Source of the DNA: Octopus bimaculoides
Lineage: Eukaryota
Assembly (NCBI RefSeq): GCF_001194135.2
Contig: NC_068992.1
Span: 25,811,595 to 25,848,415 of the forward strand
DNA length: 36,821 nt
Reading direction: 5' to 3'
Both the position numbers and the translations under genes were made by a program. Position 1 is the first letter of the stretch. Every line of letters begins with the position of its first letter. This document shows positions 36,201-36,821 of the stretch, one piece after another. The notes beneath the pieces were generated by a model, which was not told where the DNA came from, made no database searches, and worked only from the letters and a program-made list of their open reading frames with translations.

Positions 36201-36821
36201 CATTGAAATTTATTTCTATTTTTCCAAATATAATGATGTATTTTAACTTGATACCTCCACTACCCGCACAGCGATCGTTACACACGTGTTACATCAAAAT
36301 CAGATCATCTCAGAACCCAAACACCATGTACAAAAAAATTACAAACAGATTAAATAACACCGGTATTATTCCACCCAAGAATAACAACCGAGAAGTGCGC
36401 ACTGTAAGCTTGTTACGCAAAAAGTACGAAGATCTGAACGTGCAAAACAATCTGACAACAGAAATAAACGAACCGGTACCCTACAAAAACGATTAACGTC
36501 AAAATAAAGGGCCGGACGTTGTTTCTCATGTCCCGCAAACAAAACCAAAACGGCATAAATGGACACATGAGGAATACATTTCGATCCTACACGCTTATTT
36601 CACAGCAGTGCTCTACCCAAAAAACGAAAACGCAACAACACATACATATAAAATATGGAAGAAACAAAATGTAAATATAGACCTCGATAAAACAATGAAC
36701 CCTAACAAACTAGCTAACGTAAGAAGATATATTCTAAAAGCAAAAAAAATATCAGAAATAGAAATAGAACAATTGAAAGGAAAAATACATCAGAAAAATC
36801 TAGATAGTAGTCACACAGCAA
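36199..36821 (+). mobile_element. 5' end of an R4/Dong-like non-LTR retrotransposon, runs off the window
   Basis: Frame from 36203 (ACACCATG at 36326) has one stop at 36494-36496. It continues in frame to the window end: KRHKWTHEEYISILHAYFTAVLYP...TYKIWKKQN...MNPNKLANVRRYILKAKKISEIEIEQLK, which I recognise as the N-terminal domain of R4-clade ORFs. Confidence 0.75.

Noticed and set aside
36495-36520. AACGTC/GACGTT stem as a readthrough stimulator
   Set aside because: The stem overlaps the stop codon itself and is only 6 bp; not enough to call a recoding signal.

Overview
AT-rich, microsatellite-dense eukaryotic DNA with seven N-gaps (1577-2252, 3067-3630, 4666-4675, 9898-9928, 15256-15305, 21846-22114, 24352-25259). 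I infer an octopus/coleoid genome from recalled repeat families; this is not proven here. No intact host gene can be supported, and most ORFs in the track are microsatellite or N-run artefacts. The window is a stack of mobile elements. (i) Four pieces of RLE-type non-LTR retrotransposons (R4/Dong-like), all abutting (TAA)n, including a 5' end with an ORF start running off the right edge. (ii) Several tRNA-derived SINE families, labelled here A, B, C and E, plus a Thr-like head. (iii) A CR1-like LINE 3' end whose tail matches SINE C. (iv) Two mariner copies: one full length and nested in a SINE, one internally deleted. (v) A ~700 bp foldback element. The best signal is a minimal type I hammerhead ribozyme motif at 36005-36050 (minus strand) inside a dispersed repeat, with a second decayed copy at 25661-25757, suggesting a Penelope-like/retrozyme family. 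Other leads are a pre-miRNA-like hairpin (14398-14452), a stop-depleted decayed TM/TIR-like frame (16110-16761) and a candidate terminal exon (30330-30381, minus).
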